From a virus (taxonomy: Duplodnaviria; Caudoviricetes), in the IMG/VR virus record IMGVR_UViG_3300010429_001617: 64,000 nt of DNA; one strand, 5' to 3'. Below the pieces are notes generated by a model. It worked only from the letters and a program-made list of their open reading frames with translations, did no database searches and was not told where the DNA came from. Positions within the stretch are counted from its first letter, which is position 1, and the number at the start of each line of letters is the position of its first letter. Of this stretch, positions 47,805-58,300 are shown in pieces. The position numbers and the translations under genes are program-made.

Positions 47805-48605
47805 ATGAAACATTTGAAATTATATGAGAATTTTAGATTAAATGAAGAATTTAGTAGTGATACAGCATCATTGATCGCAGTAATTATTCAGACTGGACTT
47901 TTAGCTGGAGTTGCAACTGGGCTTAGTATAGCAGCAATCAAAACAGCGATATCTAATTTTATTCATAATAGAAAAGTTAATAAAATATACAATAATTTAA
48001 TGAAATATTTAAAAGATCCTGTCATCAAGCCGTTGATAGTCGAATATAGTTCTTTGTGTGTTGTAGGAGAAAAAGAGGTAGGTGATAGAAAACAGGATTA
48101 TTACAGTTATGAAAGATTAAAAGAATTGTCATTGACCATAAATAATAGATTAAAAGAATTGATGACTCCAAAAGAATATGATGAACTTGAAAAATTTAGA
48201 ACATATATAAAAAGTAAATTGAAAACGAAGTATTCAGAAGAAGAACCAGAAGAATATTTTAAACCTCGCAATTATGTTCCAGAATGGGATAAAGATACTA
48301 TTGTTGATGTTTTTTTGAGAAATGCCAGTAATTGGTTTGATTATGAAATGAAAGCTATAAATTGGAGAAGACACGCGAGAGATATAATAGAAAAAAGTTG
48401 GATTATAAAAAATGACAATATTATTTTGGAAGCCGAAGAAGAGGAAGGTGATGATGATGTCATTTATGGAGATAATGAAATTATAAATGAATTTGTAAGA
48501 GATTTAACAGAAGAATGGTTCGAAGAGGGAGCTTGGGCTCGTAATTTTAGAAGATATTTAACAGATATGATAATAGAAAAAGGATATGAAATAAGTAAAA
48601 AATAA
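47805..48605 (+). CDS. Protein with leader MKHLKLYENFRLNEE and a hydrophobic segment
   Basis: TTAATATATA at 47769-47778. Confidence 0.7.
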   Translation: MKHLKLYENFRLNEEFSSDTASLIAVIIQTGLLAGVATGLSIAAIKTAISNFIHNRKVNKIYNNLMKYLKDPVIKPLIVEYSSLCVVGEKEVGDRKQDYYSYERLKELSLTINNRLKELMTPKEYDELEKFRTYIKSKLKTKYSEEEPEEYFKPRNYVPEWDKDTIVDVFLRNASNWFDYEMKAINWRRHARDIIEKSWIIKNDNIILEAEEEEGDDDVIYGDNEIINEFVRDLTEEWFEEGAWARNFRRYLTDMIIEKGYEISKK

Positions 48606-48615
48606 ATAAAAAGAT

Positions 48616-49638
48616 ATGGAAGAACTCAAAAATTTAAAAAATTTCGGTGAATTTAAAGATTCTTTAAATGAAGAACTTTTATGGGGGGCAATTAAAAATC
48701 TTTTCAACAAATTATTTAGTAATATGGATAAAAAACTCGCTGATCAAGTAAATAATTTCACAAAAAAAATTGACGCGGCTAAAACTTGGGACGAATCTGT
48801 TAGGGCATTTGAAGCTGATATGGCGTCTATGAAAACAAAAGTTGAAACAAATGTGAATGCTGCAACAGGTCTATTGGGATTCAGAAAAGCATTGGCAGAT
48901 CTTAGTGAAGCTCTTTTTGTTGAATTACAAGTCTTATCAAATAAATATCAAGTGCCAGAATTAACCGCAGCTAAAGTTTTTGCAGGGACACCGGAAGCTG
49001 AAATGTTTAACAAAAAAAATTCAGAAGAATTTAAAACAAGCCTTGTGACGCCATTAAATGCTAAAATAATAGAATTAAATAAAACTGGAGCAGCTGGATA
49101 TGATGAAGTAGCTTTGAAAACTTATCTAGACGCACAAAATAATATAGATGCAACAGAACAAGCGACAACTGGCGGAGGATCCCCAGTTAATGCGAGTCAC
49201 CTTTATCAGTCGCCAAATAAATTATTTGAGGCGACACCTGTACCATCGACGCCAGCAACGCCAGCAACTCCAGCGGAGCCAGCAACTCCAGCGGATCCAG
49301 CAACTCCAGCGGCGCCAGCAACAGGGACTCCACCTCAAGGTGACATAACAAAATTAAAGGCGCCAGCAATAAAATGGATTACTGAAAATTTATCAGGTAT
49401 AGCTTTAAAGAAAGTTAAAGAAGTTCAAAAACCAAAAGGAAATGCCGCCACTGATCCATTTGATCAGGCAGCTTTAAATACAAAAGCGACAGGTAATACA
49501 CAAAACTTAGCAAAATTGCTCAGAAACATAGTTCAATTACCGACAGCTGCTGATCTAGCTAAAGTGAGAGATAATTTGGCTACTTTGGGTAAAAACCGAG
49601 AAAATCCAACTTTTAAAGATGATATTGGAAAATTTTAA
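48616..49638 (+). CDS. Ala-rich protein with leader KNLKNFGEFKDSLNEE and PAT repeats
   Basis: 340 aa; ccagcaactccagcgg-type repeats near 49250-49320. Confidence 0.7.
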   Translation: MEELKNLKNFGEFKDSLNEELLWGAIKNLFNKLFSNMDKKLADQVNNFTKKIDAAKTWDESVRAFEADMASMKTKVETNVNAATGLLGFRKALADLSEALFVELQVLSNKYQVPELTAAKVFAGTPEAEMFNKKNSEEFKTSLVTPLNAKIIELNKTGAAGYDEVALKTYLDAQNNIDATEQATTGGGSPVNASHLYQSPNKLFEATPVPSTPATPATPAEPATPADPATPAAPATGTPPQGDITKLKAPAIKWITENLSGIALKKVKEVQKPKGNAATDPFDQAALNTKATGNTQNLAKLLRNIVQLPTAADLAKVRDNLATLGKNRENPTFKDDIGKF

Positions 49639-49639
49639 A

Positions 49640-49671
49640 AAAAAGGTGAGAATTTTTTCTCACCTTTTTTT
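49640..49671. terminator. Bidirectional intrinsic terminator
   Basis: aaaaaggtgagaa-tttt-ttctcacctttttt between convergent genes. Confidence 0.8.
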
Positions 49672-49673
49672 GT

Positions 49674-50117
49674 TTAGTCAATGTTTATTTTTTTCGATTC
49701 TTTCTTTGGCACGACTTTCTTTTTTAGATCCAAAGTCAATATGCCATTATCTAGTTTAGCAGCGAGGCTATCTTCATTATAATCTTCAGTTAGAGGGAAA
49801 GTTCTTTTAAAAGAAACTTTTGAAAATTCTCTTTTTGAATAATTTTTTCCATTGTCAGATTTTTCTGTTTTACTTTCGCCGCTTACACAGACATATCCAT
49901 CTTTAACACTGACGTTTAGCTCATCCTTTGAAAATCCTGGAGCCATAATTTCAATTGTTGCCCCCTCAGGCGTTTCAATAACATTTACATTACCAATTCT
50001 ATTGGTTGCTAATTTTGTGGGATAATAATTTTCAACATTTTCCCAAATTGTAGGAAGACTTTCAATCATTCTTCCAAAATTGTCAAATAAATCAATACCA
50101 TTGTTTTTCATATTCAT
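49674..50117 (-). CDS. Small heat-shock protein Hsp20/alpha-crystallin
   Basis: VNVIET, APGFSKDE, FKRTFPL, AKLDNGILTL. Confidence 0.9.
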   Translation of the reverse strand: MNMKNNGIDLFDNFGRMIESLPTIWENVENYYPTKLATNRIGNVNVIETPEGATIEIMAPGFSKDELNVSVKDGYVCVSGESKTEKSDNGKNYSKREFSKVSFKRTFPLTEDYNEDSLAAKLDNGILTLDLKKKVVPKKESKKINID

Positions 50118-50226
50118 TTTCTCCTTATTATTTTTTTTTTCTTATAATAGTCAATTATTGTGCCGACATGTTTTATATGACATTATGACAAAAATGTTGT
50201 AAAAAATATGACATATTAACAAAAAA

Positions 50227-50631
50227 TCATTTGATTATGTTGACATTTTTTCTACCATCAGACCAGTAATTATCACCACCGTAATAAACACATATCTCTT
50301 CATCCTTTTCTATATCACGCACAGCAGAAAAAATAAAGAGGCTGTTTTCCTCATCTGTTTCCCATTTAGCATTTGGTGTATCAGAATGATTATATAGACA
50401 ACTGAAACCAAATGGTATGACTTGATTTCTGGCTTCTATTCTTGGATAATTAAATCTATAATCAATAAATATAGAAGAAGCTTCACCAGTTTGCAAAGGA
50501 ATGATAAGAAATGGATTTTCTTCTAATATTTCACCGCTCGAAATAAATTCTTTTGCGAATATTCCCCAACCGTGTAATGGCGATTTCCTTACTTCTATTT
50601 TTTTATTGAAAAATAATGTACTTTTTTTCAT
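50227..50631 (-). CDS. SET-domain methyltransferase
   Basis: SPLHGWGIFA, YNHSDTPNA, RDIEKDEEICVYYG. Confidence 0.9.
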   Translation of the reverse strand: MKKSTLFFNKKIEVRKSPLHGWGIFAKEFISSGEILEENPFLIIPLQTGEASSIFIDYRFNYPRIEARNQVIPFGFSCLYNHSDTPNAKWETDEENSLFIFSAVRDIEKDEEICVYYGGDNYWSDGRKNVNIIK

Positions 50632-50653
50632 ATTAAATATATATGAAAAATTA

Positions 50654-51130
50654 TCATAAAAGTTCTAATTCCTCTAATATTTTTTCATATAATTTTCTGT
50701 GTCCAAGCACGTGTTGAAAGGTGGTCAACTTTTTATTATAAAGTTTTTTAACTGTGTATATATCAGTGTAATTTATTACCTTCTCAACAACAATATCATA
50801 GTTATAGAAAGAAAATTGCATCATGTTCCCTTTTATGATAAAATTAACTTTATATGTTAATGTATCTAAAAAATTCAATATATTTTTAACAAGGCTATCA
50901 TCAAAAATGTGTTCTTGTATATTTTCATATCCCCCTCTTATTTTAGATATCAATTCATCAACTTTAGTTTTATTCTTATCTTCAAAAAAATAAAATCCAT
51001 AACTCGAGTTATATCCCACTAAATCTTCAGTATACAATTCATCCAATTCTTCTTCTGATATGTTCAGAGCTTCACCGCTGGGCATACCCACTATCCAATA
51101 TCTCTCTTTTGTTCTTATTGGTGTTAGCAT
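50654..51130 (-). CDS. Hypothetical protein
   Basis: Start is probably MLTPIRT rather than 51196. Confidence 0.55.
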   Translation of the reverse strand: MLTPIRTKERYWIVGMPSGEALNISEEELDELYTEDLVGYNSSYGFYFFEDKNKTKVDELISKIRGGYENIQEHIFDDSLVKNILNFLDTLTYKVNFIIKGNMMQFSFYNYDIVVEKVINYTDIYTVKKLYNKKLTTFQHVLGHRKLYEKILEELELL

Positions 51131-51184
51131 ATAGATATATATAAAATATTTTTTTTTATTTTGGGCCAAATTAATATTATATAT

Positions 51185-51601
51185 ATGAAAAAACAAACAA
51201 TTTTAATGGATTTCTATTTAGTTTTGTGTAAAAATCGAAAGAAGATTTATAAGTTTATGAAAATTAATAGAATAAAGAATAAAGACATAGTAGATATAAA
51301 ACTGGCTTTAGAAGAATCCGACGCATCAGAGGATAAATATTCAGATTATTTTAATTTAATGATATACACAAGAATAGTTCATTCTTTAAATAAGGGTAAA
51401 AGTGTTTATTATATACCGAATTTCGATAATGAAAAATTAGACATCAATGAAATTTTAAAAATTAAGAAAATATTAAAAAGCGGCACAAACTTTAATCTTT
51501 TAATGTTTTTTGATGAATTTAAGGATGATTCTAGGATTCAGAATGATATATTTACAAATATATCGATTTTCGACAACACACAATTATTAAAAGATTACTG
51601 A
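51185..51601 (+). CDS. Hypothetical protein
   Basis: ORF; start uncertain. Confidence 0.55.
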   Translation: MKKQTILMDFYLVLCKNRKKIYKFMKINRIKNKDIVDIKLALEESDASEDKYSDYFNLMIYTRIVHSLNKGKSVYYIPNFDNEKLDINEILKIKKILKSGTNFNLLMFFDEFKDDSRIQNDIFTNISIFDNTQLLKDY

Positions 51602-51661
51602 AAAATTTCATTTTTAGCGGGACGACATTTTTATATATAGTTAAAAATAGACATATAAAAA

Positions 51662-53341
51662 ATGCATTCAGAGATAAGATTTATATTCGACACAACCATA
51701 ACTAGTTCTAATGGATTGATGAATAATAGTGATAAAGGAAGTATTTATGGACGAGCTTTAAAAATTAGAAAAAGAAAGCAATTTCCAAATAATAAAGATG
51801 TCAATCCACCACCTCAAACAGATAGCGCAAATGATGGTAAAGGGGCTCCGCCAACAAATACAGAGCAAAAAGTAGAAACTTATAGTGATAGATTATCAGG
51901 AATATATGAGGAAAAAACTGATGCTTATTTACTTTACAAAACCAATGATTCAGCTTTTGCTGGAAATATTCCAAATTATTTAAAAACAAATAATTATAGA
52001 GAGGACACGGATGAAGATCCTTATATAGCTTTGATTAGAAATTTTGGTGTTCATAAGCCTCTTCTTCTAAGAGCTGCAGATTTTGCTTATTTAAGGGATT
52101 TAGGAGTTTATCCAATTAATAGGTTATGGATACTTAGAAGATTTCCAGAGAATGTAGTCGTTCCAAATAATTTGATCTCTTGGTCTAATAAGAATGGCGT
52201 AGAAGCCATATCAACTGTTGTTGGGTGGATAAAACCAAAAGAAGATTCAGAAATGTTTAATCTGTCATTTAATGAAAACTGGATTGATCAATCAGATTGG
52301 ATAGATAAAGTTTTTTCAACAATATTACAAAACGAGTTTGGTATGACACAAAAAGCATTCGTTCCAGTGCCCGGTTGGAGTCAAGGTATATTATTTGGTA
52401 TATTAAAAGCAATGGGGTTAACATCTGATTTCGATGCCTACAATCCACCAACTGGGGATCCAAATGTTCTAAGACAGGCAAAAATGAGGGATATTACTAG
52501 GCAAGGGTTGGAAACAGATTTGAGTATGACGTTAGAAACATCTTATGAGCAAAAATATATTAACGGAATAGATCCAGGTATGGCGATGATGGATATACTG
52601 ACAAATTTATTTAAGATGGGCACATCCGATCAAAAATTCTTACTTGGTAATAGTCCAGCTTTACAAAATTTATTGTCTGGTATAAATAATCCAAATTGCC
52701 AAGCTTGGTTGGAATTAGGTAAGGAATTGTTGAGAACTTTTATTCAAGGTCTTCAAGATTTTTTAAAACAATTAGGAGATTCAAATAAAGTGAGTGTGGA
52801 CACTAGTTCTTTGACATCTCAAGCCAAGGATGAGGAAGGTAAAATAACAGGTCCTATAACAGGAGTTGATACTAGCGTCATTCAAAATGCTATTGGAAAT
52901 ATAGCTGAGATCTTATTGGCGGGCACAATATCCAAATATCGTTGGCTTATAAGAGGATCAATTGGAGCTATGACAGGAATGAATACAACACCATGGCACT
53001 TGACAGTCGGAAATCCATATTCACCGATATTAAACATGGGAAATATTTTAGTTAAAAGAGTGACGATATCGCCTAGCAATGAACTTGGGTTTAATGATAT
53101 GCCAATGAATATAAATGTTTCTATATCAGTTGAACTCGGAAGACCACTTGGAAAAACTGAGCTAGAAAGAATGTTTAACAATGGTTATGCTAGGGTTTAT
53201 GCCAGCTCTTCTCCGACTGTTCCTTTACCAAGTACAGTAACTGGAAATGGGGTACCAGCTAGCACAAATGTAAGTGAGGCAGAAAGAGTTTTACCAACTT
53301 TACCAGGTACAATGGGCAACTTGATAAATAATAAACCATGA
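51662..53341 (+). CDS. Putative baseplate/tail-tube-initiator-type protein
   Basis: First gene of the baseplate operon; PWHLTVGNPYSPILNMGN...ELGFNDMP. Confidence 0.45.
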   Translation: MHSEIRFIFDTTITSSNGLMNNSDKGSIYGRALKIRKRKQFPNNKDVNPPPQTDSANDGKGAPPTNTEQKVETYSDRLSGIYEEKTDAYLLYKTNDSAFAGNIPNYLKTNNYREDTDEDPYIALIRNFGVHKPLLLRAADFAYLRDLGVYPINRLWILRRFPENVVVPNNLISWSNKNGVEAISTVVGWIKPKEDSEMFNLSFNENWIDQSDWIDKVFSTILQNEFGMTQKAFVPVPGWSQGILFGILKAMGLTSDFDAYNPPTGDPNVLRQAKMRDITRQGLETDLSMTLETSYEQKYINGIDPGMAMMDILTNLFKMGTSDQKFLLGNSPALQNLLSGINNPNCQAWLELGKELLRTFIQGLQDFLKQLGDSNKVSVDTSSLTSQAKDEEGKITGPITGVDTSVIQNAIGNIAEILLAGTISKYRWLIRGSIGAMTGMNTTPWHLTVGNPYSPILNMGNILVKRVTISPSNELGFNDMPMNINVSISVELGRPLGKTELERMFNNGYARVYASSSPTVPLPSTVTGNGVPASTNVSEAERVLPTLPGTMGNLINNKP

Positions 53342-53375
53342 TTAAATGGGTAAATAAAAAATAGAAAAAAGTTAT

Positions 53376-53846
53376 ATGAGTTATTTATATACAATAGAAA
53401 ACCAAATTCGTAAAAGCAATCAAAATTATTTACTGGATCTTTTAACTCCAATAGTAAATATAAGCGACGAGCTTTATTATTATCCATATCTGGTGTCAGA
53501 AGCCGAAGAAATGAGAATAGATTTAATATGCCTAAATATATATGGACACACTGGATATATTGATGAAATTTTAACTCTAAATAACATTATAAATCCTTGG
53601 TCAATAAAAAGTGGAAGCATTATCTATTATGTTGATGAGGAGCAAATATTATTGATGCAGACTAAACCAAAAGCCGACGAGCAAACAATACTGAACAATT
53701 TGGTTAACCCAAATAAAGATACCAAAAAAGATCCAAATCGTCAAACTGGTGAAAATTTAACTCCAACAATAAAACCAGCTGGCTTAAAGGATGTTGAAAT
53801 AAATTATGATAAAAAAACTGTAAAAATTATTGATAAACTGAAATGA
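53376..53846 (+). CDS. Baseplate wedge protein, gp53/LysM-like
   Basis: EEMRIDLICLNIYG...ILTLNNIINPWSIKSG. Confidence 0.7.
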   Translation: MSYLYTIENQIRKSNQNYLLDLLTPIVNISDELYYYPYLVSEAEEMRIDLICLNIYGHTGYIDEILTLNNIINPWSIKSGSIIYYVDEEQILLMQTKPKADEQTILNNLVNPNKDTKKDPNRQTGENLTPTIKPAGLKDVEINYDKKTVKIIDKLK

Positions 53847-55294
53847 TAGAAGTAATAGACAGACCAAATAAAAAGTTAAAAGAACTAGTATTTGAATACA
53901 AAGAAACTGTAAGTGATGAGTCTATAGACAATTATGCATCAACAATTGGAAAATTTCCATATGTTGTTATAAATGGTGTGACTGTTGAAAGTACGGATAT
54001 AAATTATTTAAAATTATATAATAACGCATTTTTACCTGAGATAGAAATATCATTCAGAGATCCAACGAACAAACTACATGATTCAAACTATCCACTGGAT
54101 CAGCAAATTGTCTCAATATTGATATCAGCAACATCAGATTTATTGATGCCAATAAGAATGGATTTTTATATTACGGTTTTTAATTCCGTAAAAGGAAAGT
54201 CCGATGCCGAATCAAATTTATACTTATTGAGAGGAATTCTGGATGTCAAAAAAATTATCAAAAATTATAGTATAAATGGAACGAGTTATGAAGCTTTAAA
54301 GAAAATTTCTAATATATTGGATCTAGGATTTGCTTCGAATATCAGTGACACGAACGATTCAATGAATTGGTTGAACACTGGAGTTGATTTCGCTACAGAT
54401 TATATAAAAGATATAGTGAAGCATTCATATATGAGTGATAATACTTTTTTGTGGGCATATGTTGATTTTTATTATAATTTAAATTATGTGGATATTGAAA
54501 CCCAAATGAAAGAAGACATAAGTAATATTCAAACTGTTGTGAACTCGGAAACAGTAACTGGTGAACAGACAACTATTCCACTCATTTTATCAAATCATCC
54601 TGACAAAAGCTCAACAAACTTATTTATAGATAAATATAATTTATTGAACGAATCATTCAATGTCAATTTAAAACAAGGATACAATCCGCTTTTGATATAT
54701 TATGATACCAGTAATAAAAAAATTCTAAATTATCATATTGATCCAACTTCGACAAAAGGAGATAAAGGGAATCAGATAGTTATGAAAGGACAACCGAGTG
54801 ATAATAATTATTTAAAGGAACAGGAAAAGAATTATTATGTCGGTAAAATTGATACGGATAATATGCATGCTAATTACATATATGCTGAGATGCTCAACGA
54901 GCACAATTTGAATTTTTTACAGAAAATAAGAATGAGTATAATTTTAAAAAATCCAAATTATCAATTGTATCGATTTCAAAAAGTAAGAATTGAGATATAT
55001 AAATTAACTGAACTGGATCCAAAAATAGTTATAGTAACAAAATCTGATTTATTGAACAGCGCCAATATTGATAAATATAAATTAAATGAAAGACTAAGTG
55101 GAGAATGGCTGATAACGGGTATAAATTTTACTTTCAAAAGAGGAAACCAAAGAAATATGGTTCAAGAAGTAACTGTTGTTAAACGTGAATTGACAGCCAC
55201 GGAAGGTTTAGTAGAGGGAGACAATGCTGAAATGAATTCAAATAAAACAGCATCTACAGTGAATGATATAAAAAATATTTTGATGAAAAAATAA
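53843..55294 (+). CDS. Baseplate hub protein, gp27-like
   Basis: Position between gp53-like and gp5-like genes; ERLSGEWLITGINF. Confidence 0.55.
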   Translation: MIEVIDRPNKKLKELVFEYKETVSDESIDNYASTIGKFPYVVINGVTVESTDINYLKLYNNAFLPEIEISFRDPTNKLHDSNYPLDQQIVSILISATSDLLMPIRMDFYITVFNSVKGKSDAESNLYLLRGILDVKKIIKNYSINGTSYEALKKISNILDLGFASNISDTNDSMNWLNTGVDFATDYIKDIVKHSYMSDNTFLWAYVDFYYNLNYVDIETQMKEDISNIQTVVNSETVTGEQTTIPLILSNHPDKSSTNLFIDKYNLLNESFNVNLKQGYNPLLIYYDTSNKKILNYHIDPTSTKGDKGNQIVMKGQPSDNNYLKEQEKNYYVGKIDTDNMHANYIYAEMLNEHNLNFLQKIRMSIILKNPNYQLYRFQKVRIEIYKLTELDPKIVIVTKSDLLNSANIDKYKLNERLSGEWLITGINFTFKRGNQRNMVQEVTVVKRELTATEGLVEGDNAEMNSNKTASTVNDIKNILMKK

Positions 55295-55312
55295 TAAAAT
55301 ATATAAAAAATA

Positions 55313-58300
55313 ATGAGTAATGATCAACCAAACATATTAGAACAGAAAGCGTATCTACCTGGCTATGAAGGATATTTAGTGGATCCAATCACAAAGAATA
55401 CTTCAACAAAAGATATAATATCGGAGTCTTTTCCTAGGGTTCAGACCGTTTTGGATAAGGATTCTTATGATTTTAAATATGGCTTGGAAGATTATGGTTA
55501 TTATAGTGAAGATTTTTTCTATCAAGATCCGCTTTTTCTCAGTTTTGATATAGTTTTAGATACTTATCAGTCTCCTCTATTTGGAATGGAAAATTCTTTA
55601 TCTAGTTTTCTAGATAAGTATGGTGAGATACCATCAATAAAAAATAGAGTAGATATTTATAATGAATTTTACGATATTGTTAAAAGACTTTTTAATGTTG
55701 GAAATTATTCAATTGATAAGAATAAATCATATTATATTGCCTCTATAACCGGTTTGGATAAAATAACGGCTAAAATGGTTGATTATCAGAAAGATAAAAT
55801 AACCATAACTTTAAGTGAAGATGTTTCTATGGTCTCTTCTTATATGGCACTTTTATATAACAATCTGTCATATTCTTATAAAGATCAAAAATATATTATA
55901 CCATATAATCTATTGAGATTCAATATGTATATAAGGGTATCGGATCTAAGAAATATGCCAGTAATAAAAGAAAAAGATGGGACAACAACAAAAAACTATG
56001 ATAAATCATCTATTGTATATTATTTAAGGGATTGTAATTTTAATTTTTTTGATTCAAAACCATTTGAGGCTGATCTATCAGCTGGTGGATGGGGAGCTTC
56101 GCCTTCATACAATCCATCTTCTATAAAGTTTGATGTTTATTATAAATCCATAGATGTTGAAATATATAATCCTTTATTAAATAAATCATTACAAAATAAA
56201 GGAAATTTGAATAACAAGGCAACTTCTTTGATATTGGATCCAGATAAAGGAGATCTTCATAGCGTTTTTTCCAATAGTTTGAAAAATGCTGGCAGCGAAG
56301 ACAATGATAAATTGAAGAAAATGATCAATTCTCAAAATAAAGTTAGTGGTGATGATATAGATGATCCTATTAAAAAAAGACAATCAAATATAGATGAAAC
56401 ATTATCATCGGCTAGCTCATCTTTAAAAGGTATAATTGATGGTGAAATAGGAACATATTATAATAGAAGAACTGGCGAAATGCTAGATTTTGAATCATTC
56501 ACTGAGGCTATGAAGGACACAATAAACAATGAGGTGGAATTATATAACGTACTAAGAGAACAAAATTTATCTGATTTTCAAAGCTCGACATCGACTATGT
56601 TTGATACTATATCCGATCAAGTAGAAAGAAGTGATCAGTTAAGAGAAAAAACATTGAATGATATAGCCATCGGTAATTCTTATATGTTACCAGATCTGTA
56701 CCAGGATTTCTTGAAAAACTTTTTACAAGATAGATTTATGGAATTAACAGGTCTTCCAAAAATAACGTTGATGGATCCATATGGTAATTTGATAAATCAA
56801 GCCGAGCTCGATGCTCGTAGAAATGAACGAGCTTATTACGCTTTAAATGGTGTGTCTGTTATAAATAATAACAATTTGACAAGAAACGGGAGTGGAACAA
56901 CCACACAAGATATGAATTGGAAAATAGATGTTTCATATAAATTAAAACCGCAGGAAAACTTGGGTAGCGTTCCTTTTGAACAACCAACAATAAATCCTGT
57001 CGTTTTAGGTAGTGTTCCTTTTGAAGAGCCAATAATAAATCCAGTTGTGCTTGGAAAGTTAAATCTGACACCACCAATTGAAGAGCCAGTGAATCTTGGT
57101 GAAATATATTTAGAACCATTCATAATAAAACCACCTGAACTTGGTAGTGTTTCACAATTCACAAAACCGATTCAACCCATTGTAAAATTGGATTTGATGC
57201 CCGACTCTCCGACAATAGCTCCTCAACCAATGGGATCAATCGACACATCATTTACACCAAAACCAGTAGAAGAACTTGGCGATTTGATGCCAGATGTCGA
57301 AGCTCGACCCGAGCCCGATCTAGGGAAAGTTAATACGACTCCAAGGCCAATAAGTCAAGAAGAACTTGGTAATATAGCTTTAAATCCACCGGCTGAAGGG
57401 GAAGTAGATCTAGGAGTTTTGCCAATAAATGTAAAAGAAAAAGAAGAGCTTGATTTCGGCGTTATAGATCAAACAGTTAAAGAAAGGGAAGAAACATCAT
57501 TGGGTAATATTGATACAACACCAAGAACAATAGAAGAAGTTATTCTTGGAGATTTATATTCAAATGATGTCGAGCCTCGTGAAGTCGATCTTGGTTATTT
57601 GTATAGAGGATTAACTGAAAAAAATATATTGGAAATAATCTATTTGTATACACGAGATGATAGTTTTAAATTATTGGATAATGTAAAATTATATGATAAT
57701 TCTGTTTCAGTAAAAGAAATATTAAATGAAGATAAGATAGATTTATCCACAAGAGAAAAAAGTCCTTTTGAACTCGTATATTCTTATGATAATAAAGTAG
57801 ATATAAAAAAGACTATTGAAAATGCTGTTCTATATAATAATGAAATAAACAAGATAAATAATTTGGAATTAGAAAAAATTATTTCTGAGATAAAAGAAAA
57901 GAAATTAATGGAAACAGTAAAACTTTATTCTCCAGATGATACAACGGCTAAAAGATTGGATGAAAATGAATTATTATATGAACCAGTGGATAAACAACCC
58001 GTTGGAAATTTGGGCGTAATTGAGCAAGAAGTTATAAAATCCGAGGAGAAAGAAACGCTCGGAAAATTATATTACAATGACGTTAATAAAAAATTGTTAG
58101 AATTAGAATATCTATATAGTAATGAAGTAGATAAGAAATCTATTGAATTGGGTAAATTATATGATAATACTGAAGCTTTCGTCAAGAATTTGGATGACGG
58201 CAAACGAGTATATGATCCGCAATCAGCCAGAGCGATATATGAAGCAGAATATGATATAAAATATAAACATCAAGATATAGATATCTTTAAGATAGAAAAA

